Assembly (NCBI GenBank): GCA_964304625.1
Contig: OZ199840.1
Span: 9,901,048 to 9,965,047, forward strand
Direction of reading: 5' to 3'
Source: Kudoa neothunni
Taxonomy: Eukaryota > Animalia > Cnidaria
Length of the DNA: 64,000 bases
This document shows positions 41,109-55,165 of this stretch, piece by piece (the stretch's first letter is position 1; each line of letters opens with the position of its first letter). The translations under genes were made by a program, and so were the position numbers. Under the pieces are notes generated by a model. It made no database searches and was not told the DNA's origin. It saw only the letters and a list, made by a program, of their open reading frames with translations.

Positions 41109-41784
41109 TCCATATATATAAAGTAAACCGGTAATTCGTGTGTGTGTCGGTATGTACGCACTTTTCATTCTTTATCGAGACATATTGCTCCATTTGAGCA
41201 TACATATGGAAAGATAAAATTTTATTTTAACGCAGAAAAATACGTAAAAAATTATAAAAGGTTTGTATCCTGCAAAATGACCAAAAACATTTTCACGTGA
41301 TATGAGTGGTATGATTTTAGGATTTATGCTGACATATAGGTCATTTCGTTAAAGTTATAAAAAGTTAATTTTAAATGTACCATAGTGTTTATTTTACTTC
41401 AAAATTATTGAAAAGTAACTTGGTAATTGAATTAGTTCAAATAAGAAAGGTAATATTAGTTTATGTAGTCAAGCATTAATGCGAAATTCATTTGTTGATG
41501 TTTGACAAGATTAGTCACATTCATATGGTATGATTTAGAGATTACTGCAAACAACAAGGAGAAAATCGATATTTTAGGAGCTCTATATGGGAAATTCAAA
41601 CGCTCAGTAGTGTTTATTCGTTTTTAAAACTATTAAATAAGGTTCGTGCGTCAAATGAGTTAAATAAATCATCAGTTAATTGGGTAATCTTTGCACTATT
41701 TATCTAAATACTCTGAATTTATTTTGAACTTCAAATGACCATGGCCTACTCAAAAGGCTCTAGTCTGCGGGGCTTTTGCGCTAG
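41109..41784 (+). mobile_element. Non-autonomous Helitron (related to 36090-36777)
   Basis: 5' end A|TCCATATATATAAAGT...GTGTGTGTGTCGGTATGTACGCAC. Shares subterminal AAATGACC(A/T)TGGCCTA and terminal GCGGGG(C/T)TTTTGCGCTAG with the 36 kb copy. Confidence 0.75.
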
Positions 41785-43521
41785 TCTATATATATATATA
41801 TATATATATAAAGTCCTTATGTCTGTCAGTGCGTGTGTTTGCAGCAGTATGCATGTACCATGGAGAAACTTTTTTTAAATACAGCTTTTAGTTTGTATTT
41901 GAATAGATGATACTATTAAGAAAATAGTTCAATTACTTAGAAGTATAAATATAATCAATATCGCAGTCAGAAGTAAGGAATTTTCTGGTTGTCTCCATCA
42001 ATTAACACAATAAAAAATACCTGCATAATCTTGATGGTTGTTCACTTTAGAGTAATAATCAATTAGAATGAACTTTTACTCATTTTATACAAACAAAATC
42101 TGCTTATTATGGTATAGAATGTTCTAAAAATTTTACATATGCCGTTTGGAATAATTATAAGGCATATACAGCTACTAAAGCCATATTTACTTGAGTTATT
42201 GCATTTCCTTTAAAATTTGAGGAATAACCGAATTATTGAGGATGTTTTTTCATTTTTCAAGAGTTATGAATATAGTTAAGCGAAAAAGATTATGATCATT
42301 TTAAATAAAACACATACTTCGAGATTAAAGTTGTTGCCATGTTGGAATAACTTAGGTCTCTCTACGCATTCTAAAAACGATGTAAAATGTGTGTAGACTT
42401 TTCAAATAATTAAATTTTTGTGAAAATTTCTTTTTATCAAATATATCGATTGAGATTGAAATTGAAATAATATTTGTCTTTCGATAAGTTTCGACATTTG
42501 ATGAGATAATTTTTTAAATAATGTTTAGGTTCTTAGTAACCTAATTATTCCTTATCTCCAGCCAGACCTTAAGATTAATATTCAAATCAATCAATAATTT
42601 TCTCTTCGCCAAAACTAATTCATTATGATATAAAGGCTGCATGAAAATATGCGAAACCGTATTCTACACATAGTTTAAGAATTTATATTCACGATTACTT
42701 TTGCACTAAATGCAATCCATTTTCATTACGTGCCATGTAAGTTAATAAGAAATTATTGGTCTATGTGATCTAATCGATATTTAAATATATTAAGCATTAC
42801 TGTAATTTTGGACGATAAAACACCTTTACAATTTAGATTTTAGATTTAATCGTATTTTGATAATTTAATTTGTATGCTTTTGTTAAAAAGAAGGTTTGCA
42901 ATTATTTAAAAATCGGGAAATTATGTTAAAATAGTGAATACGTAAGTTACCACTCACAGATTATTAAAATCTCATTAACATCCTTTATAAAATTGCAAAA
43001 AAAAGTAAAAATTAACATTTTTATTTCTGATGCATCTTAGGTCGATTTTATTTTTTTTATCGTTTGTAGACTAACAATAAATTTTATAACCAGAAGGTTT
43101 AATTTTTATCGTAAGATTTTGAAAAGAACTGAAAGTCCTATTTAATATTTAAGTTACTTAATGATTTTTTTAATAAATAAATGAACTTTAATCGTTAGTT
43201 AAATTGCTCATAGAATTAAGGTGATTATATTTTAGGTCAATAATTTGTAAAATAAACTTATAAATACTCGTTAATTTCTCTCAATACCTCTATTTATATT
43301 TGAATGGAAAGTGTATGTATAATTTTATTTATCTAAATCATTACATTGCAAAAATAATGACAAGCTTTAAAATGCATCAATTAAAATAGAAAAATAAAAT
43401 TTACAGGGATTTACGTGCTAATTTGATTAAATCTTCCATATAATTTCTCCATTAAAAAATAAAACTAAAAGTTGAAATTTTCCATCACACGGTACCAGGC
43501 AAAACTGGGCATTAGCGCTAA
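41785..43521 (+). mobile_element. Second Helitron, directly abutting the previous one
   Basis: Starts TCTATATA...AAAGT immediately after CTAG. Ends with hairpin CCAGGCAAAACTGGG and GCGCTAA (degenerate CTAG). Confidence 0.55.
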
Positions 43522-43919
43522 TTTCTAATATCTTGTAACAGTGACACCTTTGATAATTATGATATAAAACTTATTGTTTGCTAAATAACTTTTTCCGTTA
43601 TATAAATCCAAATGCGACAATGCATACTAACTATGGATTTCAATATCGATTATCGAAAATTTTTTTTATTTATTTTGCTGTTTTAAAAAATTCAAACAAT
43701 ATTTCTTTTAAATTAGTAATTTTTTATTATGAAAATAACGCTAAATAAAATATTTTAACCTTTTCAAACACATTACGTTTGCATACGATGAATAACCATA
43801 TGTAATGTCCTTTTTATTTTAATGATGTTCCCTATTCTAAATATAATAAATGATTTTCATAGAAATATTTAAGGGATTCATATATTTAGTTTATTTTTCT
43901 ATAGATAAATATTATGTGT

Positions 43920-44820
43920 AATTGCTATAAAGGAATAAAAGCTACACCAGAAATATTGTTTGTATGAGATAATTTTATCGCTAAAGAAAATTTATTATTC
44001 AAACATTTCGTTATTCGATGGGAAATCCTTTCTGTCATCCATGAGAGTAGTACTAAAAGGGGTAACTTCTTGATTCCATTTAAAAATAACAAATTTAAAC
44101 ATTCCAATAGTTAACTAAGGAACATTGTTGGCATTTATGTAAATTGATATAAACATTTTCATCCTAATTTTTAGAGAAATGTTTCCACGAACAACCTTCC
44201 CTTCTTTTAAAACAAAAGAACGTTCGTTTGTTCATTCGTTTTGAACAGCAAGCCGTTTCGCTGCTATTAATAATTTTTTACAATAGAAAGAGTTTTTCCA
44301 ATCCATTCTCGAACTGTTGAAGTTTCGACGTTCTTACCTTTCATTAAATCCACCCAGTTAACTCATACTTGTGGAAAAATTATTGAGACCATGTTCCTTT
44401 GCAATAAGAGTGGATTTTTCCATCATGGTATAACCATGAATTGATTTACCCATATGATTTGTGATGGAGACCCAATTATAGATTTGAACATCAAAAACTT
44501 TGAATTTTCTGAACATATCTTTTTTTGTTTCTTAAAAAAATCCTAAAATTTTAATTCATTTTCCTGTATAAAATCTAACACCGAATGAAATTTACCTTGT
44601 TGTGGGCACCTTGAAGAAAAATATACCATAGAGTTTAAAGTTTTTAGTTATTTGTGTCTTTTCTTCTCTTATGTCCTTTCTGGATTTATACGTATCTATA
44701 TTATCGCTTTTACAAATACGGGACTACTTTCTTGCGATTCTGAATCTTCGCAATGTTTAGTCATCAACCCCAAAAAACCACGTTATACGTACGCTATACG
44801 ATGGGACCTCATTATAAGGG
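43920..44820 (-). mobile_element. Decayed pogo/Tigger transposase
   Basis: Reverse strand MEKSTLIAKEHGLNNFSTSMS*LGGF resembles the CENP-B HTH end; KKLPLLVL follows downstream. Multiple stops. Confidence 0.5.
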
Positions 44821-46889
44821 AACATTATGAGTATAGATTTTTTATATTTTCTATTTTAAAATTGAATATGAACTTAAATAATTCCAAAATTAATAAAATC
44901 GACGTTAAAATTCAAAATCCCATTATATCAAGGATCGACTATGTACAATATTTTATATTTTTAAATATATGCTAGAAGTGATATTAGGTTAATAGTTACT
45001 TTTTGAAAACACAACGTATTCCTTTCTAAATAAATTGTTCCCACAATCACTGTAGATTTACAAACCGTGAAAAAACTAGAGGATGTATAAAACTACCGAT
45101 AGATTAGAAAAAATTAAATATTGCTCACTCGCTCGAGTCACGATTACTTTTTATCATTATAGTTTATTTCATTTGGATAAGTGATGTTTATTAACTCAGG
45201 TTGTACGGTAAAATTATATTTTATGTATCAATTTTGAAACTCATAAGAATCGTTGAATGGATCTCTAAGTAATTCCTTAAAAGATAATTGAACTATTTTA
45301 TGTTAATAACTAACCCTTAACGACTTATCATTGGATTCTCACACCTACCTTTCGATTATTTTACTGTAAAACTTGATATATTTTTTGTAATTTCGCCAAA
45401 ATTTTGACTGATGTTATTATGCTAGTCAATAAATATTACTTTTTTTAAAAGTAAAGGAAATTCTGGCGCATATACACAAAATATAACATGTTTAACAACA
45501 AACTTTTTTAACGAATAATATAAAGATGAGGGCGTGGAACTCAAAGTTTTCTTTTAAGGTAGTGATTCCCAGCGGGGGTTCGAAAAATGAACCAAGAATA
45601 CATAAAATAGCTTCCGAAAAACAGCAGCAGAAATCTCATTAGTTATATATTTATATCATTTATTGTTTTATGATTGAAAAGATAGATAATGAATATGCGG
45701 AATTTTTTCTTAGCACTTTAAAAATATATATATATATATATATATATATACTGAATTCTTAACACAATTCTCATATTAATTGATAAGGGTTAAACAGTAC
45801 ATATAATTTTTAAATAAATTAGTCAGTTAGAACGCGATTCGTGGTTGTTTAATTTGAAATCTCCTAGTTTCACTTTTTGTTTCCGTGTTAATATTTCAAT
45901 AAGACGTGGTAGAATGAGCCTCGAGTCAACAATCTATTCTTATATTATTTATCTACAGTTATAGTTATATCTGGCTTATGTATTGAATTAGATTTTTGTA
46001 TAATCATTTATCATAAAGCATAAAGACGATTTAATATTTTATTCTGCAGTTTTATGGATCTTCAAAAGATTGAATTATGAAAGAAATAACTCAACAAATC
46101 AGATTTTTTGTGGTGAATAACAAATTATGCATTAATTAAGTGACTAGAGCCTAACTGTAACTCCAATGTTTCCATATTTTAGAGCGACCATAAAACCACG
46201 TTTCCTTGCATAAATTTGCTTAATACTTTAAGCATTGTATTTTTTGACTCGTCAAACATTAAAAAGAGATTTTATTTTGAAATTAAAATTTATCAATTTT
46301 ATAGAAATAACGAGTGACGAAATTTGAAAATATTTATTTTAGATATTAATTTAAGAAAAATACTTATATATTTGAAGGATTTGATTCCGATCGAAACGTA
46401 ATATTTCCATAATGAATAAAGTTGAAGCATGAGAAACTCCTTTAATTCAATTCAACTGATAACGAATCAATAAACGATATTCACTGTATTTTAATAAATG
46501 AAAAGTTTTTATGAGGTAAATTTTGATTGAATGGATTAAATCGTTATAATCCGTAAAAACTTTATAATTCTCTTTATTAGAAAATCTGTGATAATTTTGC
46601 ATCAAGGAACATCCAATTATTGTATGATTTATTAGAGATTTGATAAAATTTAAATTTCTAATTTTTTAAAGTATATTCCCGTTAGTTGTGTTCGTTATTA
46701 CATGAATTACTTAGTTACATTGCTAAATTATTATTTAAAAAAATTCACAAATATTGAATTATCTGTATTTAAATAAATAAAAACGATTATTTTAATATTA
46801 AAGTGGATATTATCACGAATAATAAATAATTAACTTCGATTATATGCCAAATATTCAATTGTATCTTATCATTTGTTACAATAAAAAGT

Positions 46890-47900
46890 GCAATGGACTA
46901 TATAAGGGACTATTGATTTTAATTAACCTGTCATTCGTAGTATTACTCAATGGGGTTTCCGATTCATTACTACATAAAGATTTTCTGTAAAATAAACACC
47001 ATTAGATACGTAAACTTTGAATTATTGCTAAAACATTTAGTGATTATGACCTATATTACGCTGGATAAAATAGCCAATGAGGAAACTGTTATATTGACTG
47101 CTTATGTTACTTTTTTTCTCGAATTATTTTAGCCTTCTCTAAATTGGTTGTCACATCCTTCATTTCATAGCTCATTAGAACATATTAAAACAATCGAGGA
47201 GTTTGAAGATGTCAACAAAGTATGAATGTATAATGGATAATTTTAAATTTTTATAGAAAGAAATAGCAGATTACGGTCAAAAGAATTCGAAGGAATTTTT
47301 AAGTTGGTATCCGATACGTAGTAAATTTTGCGTTGTTTACGCCATATGTAACGAGAGATATGAAAGTATCTAATTCGCCATGTTTTATATGTGTAAAGTT
47401 AGTACTTTAACTACAAACTGTTTTAGTCGATCTTTTTCATCCTTTATCATCATGTTCTCCTTGCATAGTAAATCGATAAATTTATGTATTGCCTAACTTT
47501 AAAATTAATAGATAGTATTTCACATTGACTGCGTGGACAACGACAAAAATGTACTATAAACATTGGAATTGAGCACTCCAAACAAAATTATAAACATATA
47601 ACACACAACTTTATTATCATTATTATGATGATGATGATGATGATGATTTACTTCACTTAACTCTAGAGTCTTATTGGTTGTTTGATAATGGCAGAGAATG
47701 TGTGTTATTATTTAACATTATGCAATGACTATCAAATAAATGTCATTTCTGACATAAAACGAGGTATATATTCTCCGTTTTAACTAGAATATATGTATAA
47801 CCATGCATTATATTTAAAAATTTAGTCGGAAAAATTGACAAGGACAAAAACTTGATAATAATCAATTAGAGACCTCCGATAAGATGATTCCATCTCTGAA
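46890..47900 (+). other. Possible micro-exon gene or pseudogene for a secreted protein
   Basis: Signal-peptide-like GLYKGLLILINLSFVVLLNGVS, followed by alternating short exon-like segments and ~40-60 nt GT..AG segments. No consistent reading frame was obtained. Confidence 0.25.
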
Positions 47901-49814
47901 TGAGTTTGAATTCAAAAATTTGTTATTGAAATTCACGATTCAAATAAAGAAAATATATTATATATTTTTCAACAATCTTTCTTGGATTATTTTTTTAAAC
48001 AATACATATAATTGCAATATTAATCAAAATATTCAACTAAAAAATGTCGTATATTAATTTTCGGAATAGTGACGAACAAAAATTTGATTAATAGATCCAT
48101 ATGTAATATCTTGATCATTAAACAATCAGAAAGATCTTCAAAAAAATTCTTAACAACTCTTCTAAAGTATTATTCAACAGACACAATGATTTGACTGTAA
48201 AAATTGGGTATTCATGAACTCTATAACAACGTTTTACTCGTCATGCCTTCAACCTCATTTTGTGTCGTTTTTTATTTGCAATAAATATTACTCAACAATT
48301 CCGGGGTTTTCTCAACGTAATTATCACAGTAGATTCATTAGTTTAACGTTTTATAGCGCTGAAAATTAAATCCTCAACTAAATTAGGTGTTCAATAGACC
48401 TCTAATCTTAATTTACTAATTAGCAAGGGGAAACATATTTCAATTTTTGTACGTTAATTTTAAGAAAGGCTAATCAAGATATCGATTAAAAATTAAATAC
48501 ATTATTTTATTATTACTAATTACAGATTTATGGCTCACTTATTTGCGTGCACTCTACAAATAAGTCTATAGATATATAATTTTATAACTAAATAAAAAAA
48601 ATTTCTGACACGGCGACCATTCCCCAAAAATATTTTTCGCCGAGCACTCCGCGGGGGCAAACACTGATTTAAAAACTAATATAAATAATGACATTATATT
48701 ATTTAAAGGTTTTATTCTATGTAAAACCCTAAGCCAATAATATAAAACAATATTGAAGATGTGAGACATGGGTGTGTAAAAGTCGTATTACAACCTCTTC
48801 GTTAGGCAATATTATTAAAATAAATTTTATTTCATCTTCATTTCTCATACAGATTCGGTCAATTTCATTTTGGCGCTGATACTATCGGTGATGAGGGGGG
48901 GGGGGGGGGTGTGCAGCTCCCATTTTTCGCCCTTTTGGACATGCCCGACAATCTCGGTTTTATTTTAAACCGATTATTTTTCATTTTAAACTTATGGCTG
49001 AATAATAATTAGCCCCATAATTAACTTGAAAAATTATTGCTAAAATTCACGTTCAGCTTCAATGTGCGCGCGCACACGCACGCAAAGTAGTTATGTTCTA
49101 TTTTCCATATGAATTTAACTTAACAGCCATGATTAAACATGTTTTTGCGTTTATTTCAAATTTTATATTAATGATTGCAATGTTGCGGAAAATAAAAATA
49201 ATTGTTAACAATTGCACGAAATAACTAAAGTATATTAATTTCGTTGGCCAAAGTTTTCTAGATTTCTGCCCTCGTAAAATCATTTATCATAATGTTATTT
49301 AGTTTATATATTATTTTTAATATTCTATACCAATTTTAAAATAAGCTAATCCACAAATATATCACATTTATTATTAATTTCTTTTAAAAACATATTAACT
49401 TGGAGTTAATTCTCCTAAACTTTAGATATTTAATAGAAAATTCATAAATTTGCAGTTTTATATGGAAATTCAAACTATTGATTAAGTCACTGTAAATGTA
49501 TAAAACGATTGTAAAAGAACACCTCATGATGGTTAATACAATAACTATTCTTAACAAAGATATTCTTTTTCAATAAGTCATATATAGTAGAAAAACCTGT
49601 TCTAATTAAACCATTTTAATACTATAGTGAGGTCTTGCTATTGCGCACAAAATCGGGGCCTGATTTTTTGCTTTCACTGCCCAATAAGAAACCATTGCCT
49701 AACATCTATATTATAGCGCATGCGTCACTATATAATTTTTTTATTTTTTGATGAGAAAATGATCTATCATGTTTGTATTATTAGATTAACGATGTGAGAG
49801 ACATCAATTCAATA

Positions 49815-49935
49815 ATATACGAACTTTTCTTTATCTTTCGCGAACTTTTGATCGTTAATATTTAACAGAAAGTTCATAAATTCATTTAAACAGAGTGTCT
49901 CTTTAAATTTACCAATGGCAATATGTGGAAATTTT
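49815..49935. repeat. Dispersed repeat (probable TE remnant), also at ~57415-57590 and 63860-64000
   Basis: Shared blocks TTCGCGAACTTTTGATC, ATTTAACA.AAG.TCAT.AATTC.TTTAA and TGGAAA.TTTAT.CC. Confidence 0.6.
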
Positions 49936-51358
49936 ATCCCTTATAATTAAGCATTCTATAATTCTTTTCTTTTTTGTTGATTATTTCATTTCCCTTTAAT
50001 TCAACTCCTTCTTTATATCATATGTTCGTTGAACACATTGTTCTTAGGAAAGAGCAGTCCCACCGAGATTTAATATGTTTTCTAGTTCATGTCTACGTTT
50101 TACCTAATAATATTTGATCACCTAATCATTAACAATATTATCGTCAATTTTCACCCCTTCTCCTCTCCAGAAGAGCGAATTTTTGAACAACAGCGAATCT
50201 TAAAATTTTTAAGGAAGCTTTTTGTTCCTCTGAAACCAGTGATTTAACATCATCAGCAATAAGTCTTGCCTAATCCATGATAAAAACTCTAGAATATTTG
50301 TCTTTTTTGGTGTTCTATCACAATCAGACCATATAACGCAATTTGAAGTTCGATATATTTTTTATTCGTAATTCCTTTACTGAGAGTAACAACATTGGGA
50401 GTTTGTTATATCAGATTTATTAAAAAAAATTATATCCAGAGAAGAATAACTACATATTAGACCAGAAAAATTTAATCAGAGTCAAATATACAATTATTCT
50501 AAATTCAAATAATAAAGGAATTGTTGATTCTAATTTATACAATTCAATTATAAATAATTCAATATATTAAACTCACGCGCGCAATAAAAGTGTAAAAGAG
50601 GTGTAACCAATTTTATGTGTTATCCACGGCCCAAAGGGGATTGCGTAAAATTCATTTAATTACTTTGTATTATGAGTGAGGTAAAAATAAAAATTTTTAA
50701 ATTTTAATAATAATAATTTAAGAGCAATCTTACAAGAAACATGATAAAATTGGGGGTAGAGGTACTATCTACCCCGCGCCGTAATATGCATTAGCTTTCC
50801 AAGCGCCATTTATCGAGAGCTAAAAAGTGGATTAGTACAAGAGAGAAAAATTTGTTGACTAAAGTTCCATTTAGCTATATAGAGTTGATTATGTCTTGTG
50901 AGATTATCCTTTAAAATATTTTGATTGCAAAACTACTTATAATCTTCGCTGAAAAATATAATATTTTAAACAAAGTTTAAGTTTAATTCGTTTATCGGAG
51001 GGTTAAATAAGGCGATTATTTCGTCGTGGTAGATTGTAGGAATTTCTATTGCTAAATGAGATATAAGCTTATTCGCGAGCGGGGCCGAGTATTCAGATTA
51101 ATAATTATTATTTAAATATATATATTTGATAAATTGAACGCCAATTATGCATTAATAGTATAGCTTCGACTAATTTCAACTAAATTTTACGAATAAAGTC
51201 AGTCGAATTATTTTTCCTACCTTATCTACATCTACAATAAGCTTAAACTTCCATAGTCGAATCGAAACAATGCCTGTTGTCTGATAAAATAAATAATCTT
51301 AATATTATTTAATCTCAAATCTACTATTGAATATACCGCTCTAAATTAACATTCAGTG

Positions 51359-52205
51359 ATGTTACCCGGCGTAATTTTAGTTGGTATTTCATTAGATAAT
51401 AATTTTTTGTCAAGTTGATATTGTTTTTGAATATACAATTTTTATTGGGAACCGCTCTCACTGAGGACAATGAGAACAATTTCTTCCTGGAGTACTTAAA
51501 CATTATTATATAGTAGGTTTGAATTCTTAAAGAAACATCAAACAGAATATCAAGAATGTGAAGGGCCACATACCACTAACTTCCAATTCAATATTTCTGC
51601 TTAACTTTTGGAATGATTCTTCGTTGTGTAGAGGTATCACTGTTATGTTATTATTAGAACAACAGTCTAAATTAATTTTTAATTTATCAACTGTAGATCT
51701 CGAACAGATCTATCATATGAAAAATATTCTAAGAACAAAAAACAATTTAACAGTTTTTGTCTCTCATTCGGGAGTTCATCAACCATTTCATATGTACAAC
51801 TATTTTTGGTTTGTGCCGGAGAAGGTTTGTTCGATTCTCGATCGAATCACTCCTTTTTGTGGTTCAGAATCTAAACATACCATCTCAAAGTTCATGTGTC
51901 AAAATGGATTGATTTCCTCCATGGATTATGATTGTGGCCATGGTCTCCGCCTTATAATTGATCCTGTGGGCATTCCCTATGGGTTTTTGAAATATCCAGC
52001 AATATTTGTTCCGGAAAACCGTAAAAGGTACTCCATATCGTATTATAGTGAGTTCTGCCTTCCTTATCGTATTACAATTAGCTTGGTAACTTTGGTTAAG
52101 TCCAATCCTTTCCCTTATCTGCTGTACGCACTTACAGCAGTGTTGAATTTGATAATTGTTGTCTTTGCTGTGACAATAATTTTACAAAAGATGCATCTGG
52201 TTTGA
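51359..52205 (+). CDS. Uncharacterised single-pass membrane protein, paralog B
   Basis: MLPG|LILFLNIQFLLGTALT signal peptide. Introns in phases 0, 2, 1, as in paralog A. SMDYDCGHGLRLII motif; TM FPYLLYALTAVLNLIIVVFAVTIIL. A short extra 3' exon to ~52270 is possible. Confidence 0.7.
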
Positions 52206-53279
52206 CAAGTTTGTTGAATTCTGATCCTAGCCCTTTCTGATTGATTTTAGAATATTGATATATATATTTGATGAGTTATCTATTTTTGCAAGCATTATAC
52301 TCAATTGCATTCAATTATTTCAGGATTATCCAACTCTCACAACTTTAAATTATAGAAGTATGGTTGCTTCTGATGATATTTGAATTACCATTAGTTAATT
52401 AGATTTTAATATTGACATAAAAAATTATTCTAATTCTTATTTTAACTAATTCTTTGACTTTATAGGTTTTCTAATTTTTCTGTTTATAATAGAAAAATAG
52501 TTTATAGAAAAGTATTTACATTGATTTAAAAACCGAGAAATAGGGATCATTAATTTTTTATTCATAAAATAACGTTTACATGGATAGTAAAACTGTATTA
52601 ATTAAAAACAAAATCACACAAATATATTTATTTTAAAAGCCCAACGACTTTCTAATCTCATAATATGTGGTTTATCTATAATAATATATTTTACGACTAG
52701 ATTACTTTTTCATTAGAAATTGGACTTTAAATCGATGATGAAAAAATATTTGAAGTCAGATTCACGTAATGTGACCAATATCTAAATTATTTACAAAATA
52801 ATAAAAAACAATTAATTTATCCGGCATTAATAATGGAATAAGGTCATAAGGAAATTTAGATTAAAATAAAATGCATAAGATCACAGTATAAGTAAGGAAT
52901 ATAGTTGGGTGCTCGATACCAATTTATTCAAACAAAAATTGAAACTTTCAGTCTTTTCTGTAACTGTTAAGATACCCGATTGTGTACATCCACAATCCAC
53001 ATATCCGAAGTTTTAATTAAGCAAGAATTCGTCTGAATATCTCGAGAAATCCGTAATTACTGGGAAGTATTAATATTAATAATTCTAACAACTTTATAAT
53101 TATATTGAGGAGAATATAGTTTGAATAATCACCTAATACAGTTTTTTCCAACCTGGAACCCGTAAAAAGGCATTTACCCTTAAAAATTAGTCTTACGCAA
53201 GTTCCTCACCATAATAAAGTTGAATTTAAAAAAATAATTCTGAGACAATGATATCAGAATTGGCAATGGCTATTGCGAT

Positions 53280-55165
53280 TAGGCCTACAAAAAATCGAGG
53301 GTCGAGGTTTGATTTCAGAGATATAGAGAGTGTCCTCTATTTCGAAGAGATTAAGTCAATGTATTAATGAGATTTTGTGATTCGTTCAGAATGGATTTTT
53401 GCGATCAATGTTAAGAGAAATTTTCTTATAAAAATTCAACAGTGCATTATTTTTTGGAACAAACTATTTTATTTATTTAAAATGTCGGATAAACTACAGT
53501 GCTACGGTAGTGAAATATCTGTGTACGAAGTTCGGGCGATGTCGCATACAAAATCGGAAATTAAGTCGTTTCCTACAATTCGGCCTGTTAATTCATTTAT
53601 TTTTCAAATGTTTTTTCACTTTTGATCTTATCACAAAAATTACATTATGTAATTAAATTCAGCTTAAAATTAACCTATAAACTGAAAATAATTCTTAAAT
53701 CGAGCACATTCGAAGTATTTAATTGTTCACTGATTATTTAATTTGTATCTGTTAGTAATAAGTTTTTAAAAGTTCAATCTTGTGACTTCGTAATTAAAAA
53801 CAGAACTTTGTGATGTATTATTCTATTAAAAATTATTACAAATGTGTTTTAATTTAACAATGATATTCCCTAATATGGTTTTTAGTTTATAAATTTTTTA
53901 TAACAATATTTGTTCCAAAATTTAAAAATTTTCATTTTTAAATTAAAATTAACTTTAAAGTAGGGCAATCGTCAAAAATCCAAATGCACGGTGTTTAAGC
54001 ATTTTAAGTTAAATCAACTATGGATATTAATAAGTTCAAAGTATTTTTTTATTTTTATTCTCAACAATATAAAAATGGTGATTAACTTAAAAATATTTAT
54101 TTATTACTTAGTTATTGAATATAAAGTGAAATATTACGTCATATTTTATAATCTACTTCAATATTTTGTGTGGTTGAATGTTTCAAGCGTTTAAAACTAA
54201 CACAGTAAGTAACCAATTTCACTCACTTTTTGTTTATTATTTAGTTAAATCAAGATTAAATACCACAAAACTCCTATAACTATACTTATTGCCTAAAAGT
54301 ACATTATTAGTTATTATTATGAAAGTCCCCAATCTAATGACTCAAAAACTGCCACTGTATCACATTTTAATATATCTATCATCTCGACTCTTCATGGCAA
54401 CCTAGAGATGAACAATAAAATAATCAAAACATATAAATATTTTTAGAATCTAAAAATAGAAATCATGGCATGCAAGGCAATTTTATTCTGTTGAGGACGA
54501 TGTATATGAGTGGATTAAGTGAGCACGAAGCAAAAAGATTGTAGTAAGCGCCATCAAGATAATCAATATGTGAAATTAATTAGACAAAGAAAAAGGTTTA
54601 CCTTCTTGTGCAATTCGTTGTGGGTTTCGCTGTTTTAAAAAAGATTTCAACATTTAAAAATCAAATTTTAATAGTTAGTCTGCTGATGCTACACCTGAAA
54701 CTATTTCAGAGTGGATCAATCAAATCAGAACATTTTTTAAAAGATACTCTGAAAATTTTATTTCCAATATAGACGAAACTGCCTTATTCTATCAATAGTA
54801 ACAAGTGGAGTATTTCATATATTGTTGAAAAATAGTTTTGTGCTGTTAACACGTTTCTCGAGTTTTAATTATCTTTGAAAAATTAATATATAATGAACTA
54901 ACCTTTTTAAACGCAACTTAATCAATATCAAATGTAAATTTTTTCCGAAACAATTGCACACGCAAGTATGTGACATTGGTTTCTTACTGTATAATTAATT
55001 TACTGAGATGTATTATCTATCAAAATTTTTGTAAAAACTAGCGACAACCACAAAACGTTGGAATCATAAAATCCCTATCCAAATCCTTAATAATTCTAAT
55101 TTCAACACATAATCACTTTCGTTTTTTTAAATATTTTCCTCGACCCTTGATTTTTTAAAGGCCTA
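53280..55165. mobile_element. Non-autonomous hAT element with an intact 8-bp TSD
   Basis: TIRs TAGGCCTACAAAAAATCGAGGGTCGAGG / (rc) TAGGCCTTTAAAAAATCAAGGGTCGAGG. Perfect TSD ATTGCGAT at 53272-53279 and 55166-55173. Confidence 0.85.
54480..54800 (+). mobile_element. pogo/Tigger transposase fragment nested inside the hAT element
   Basis: EDDVYEWI and YSENFISNIDETALFYQ, matching the pogo 'IFNADETGLFY' motif. Confidence 0.65.

Noticed and set aside
48894-48909. Poly-G tract as a regulatory G-quadruplex
   Set aside because: An isolated homopolymer in probable TE-derived DNA with no linked gene.
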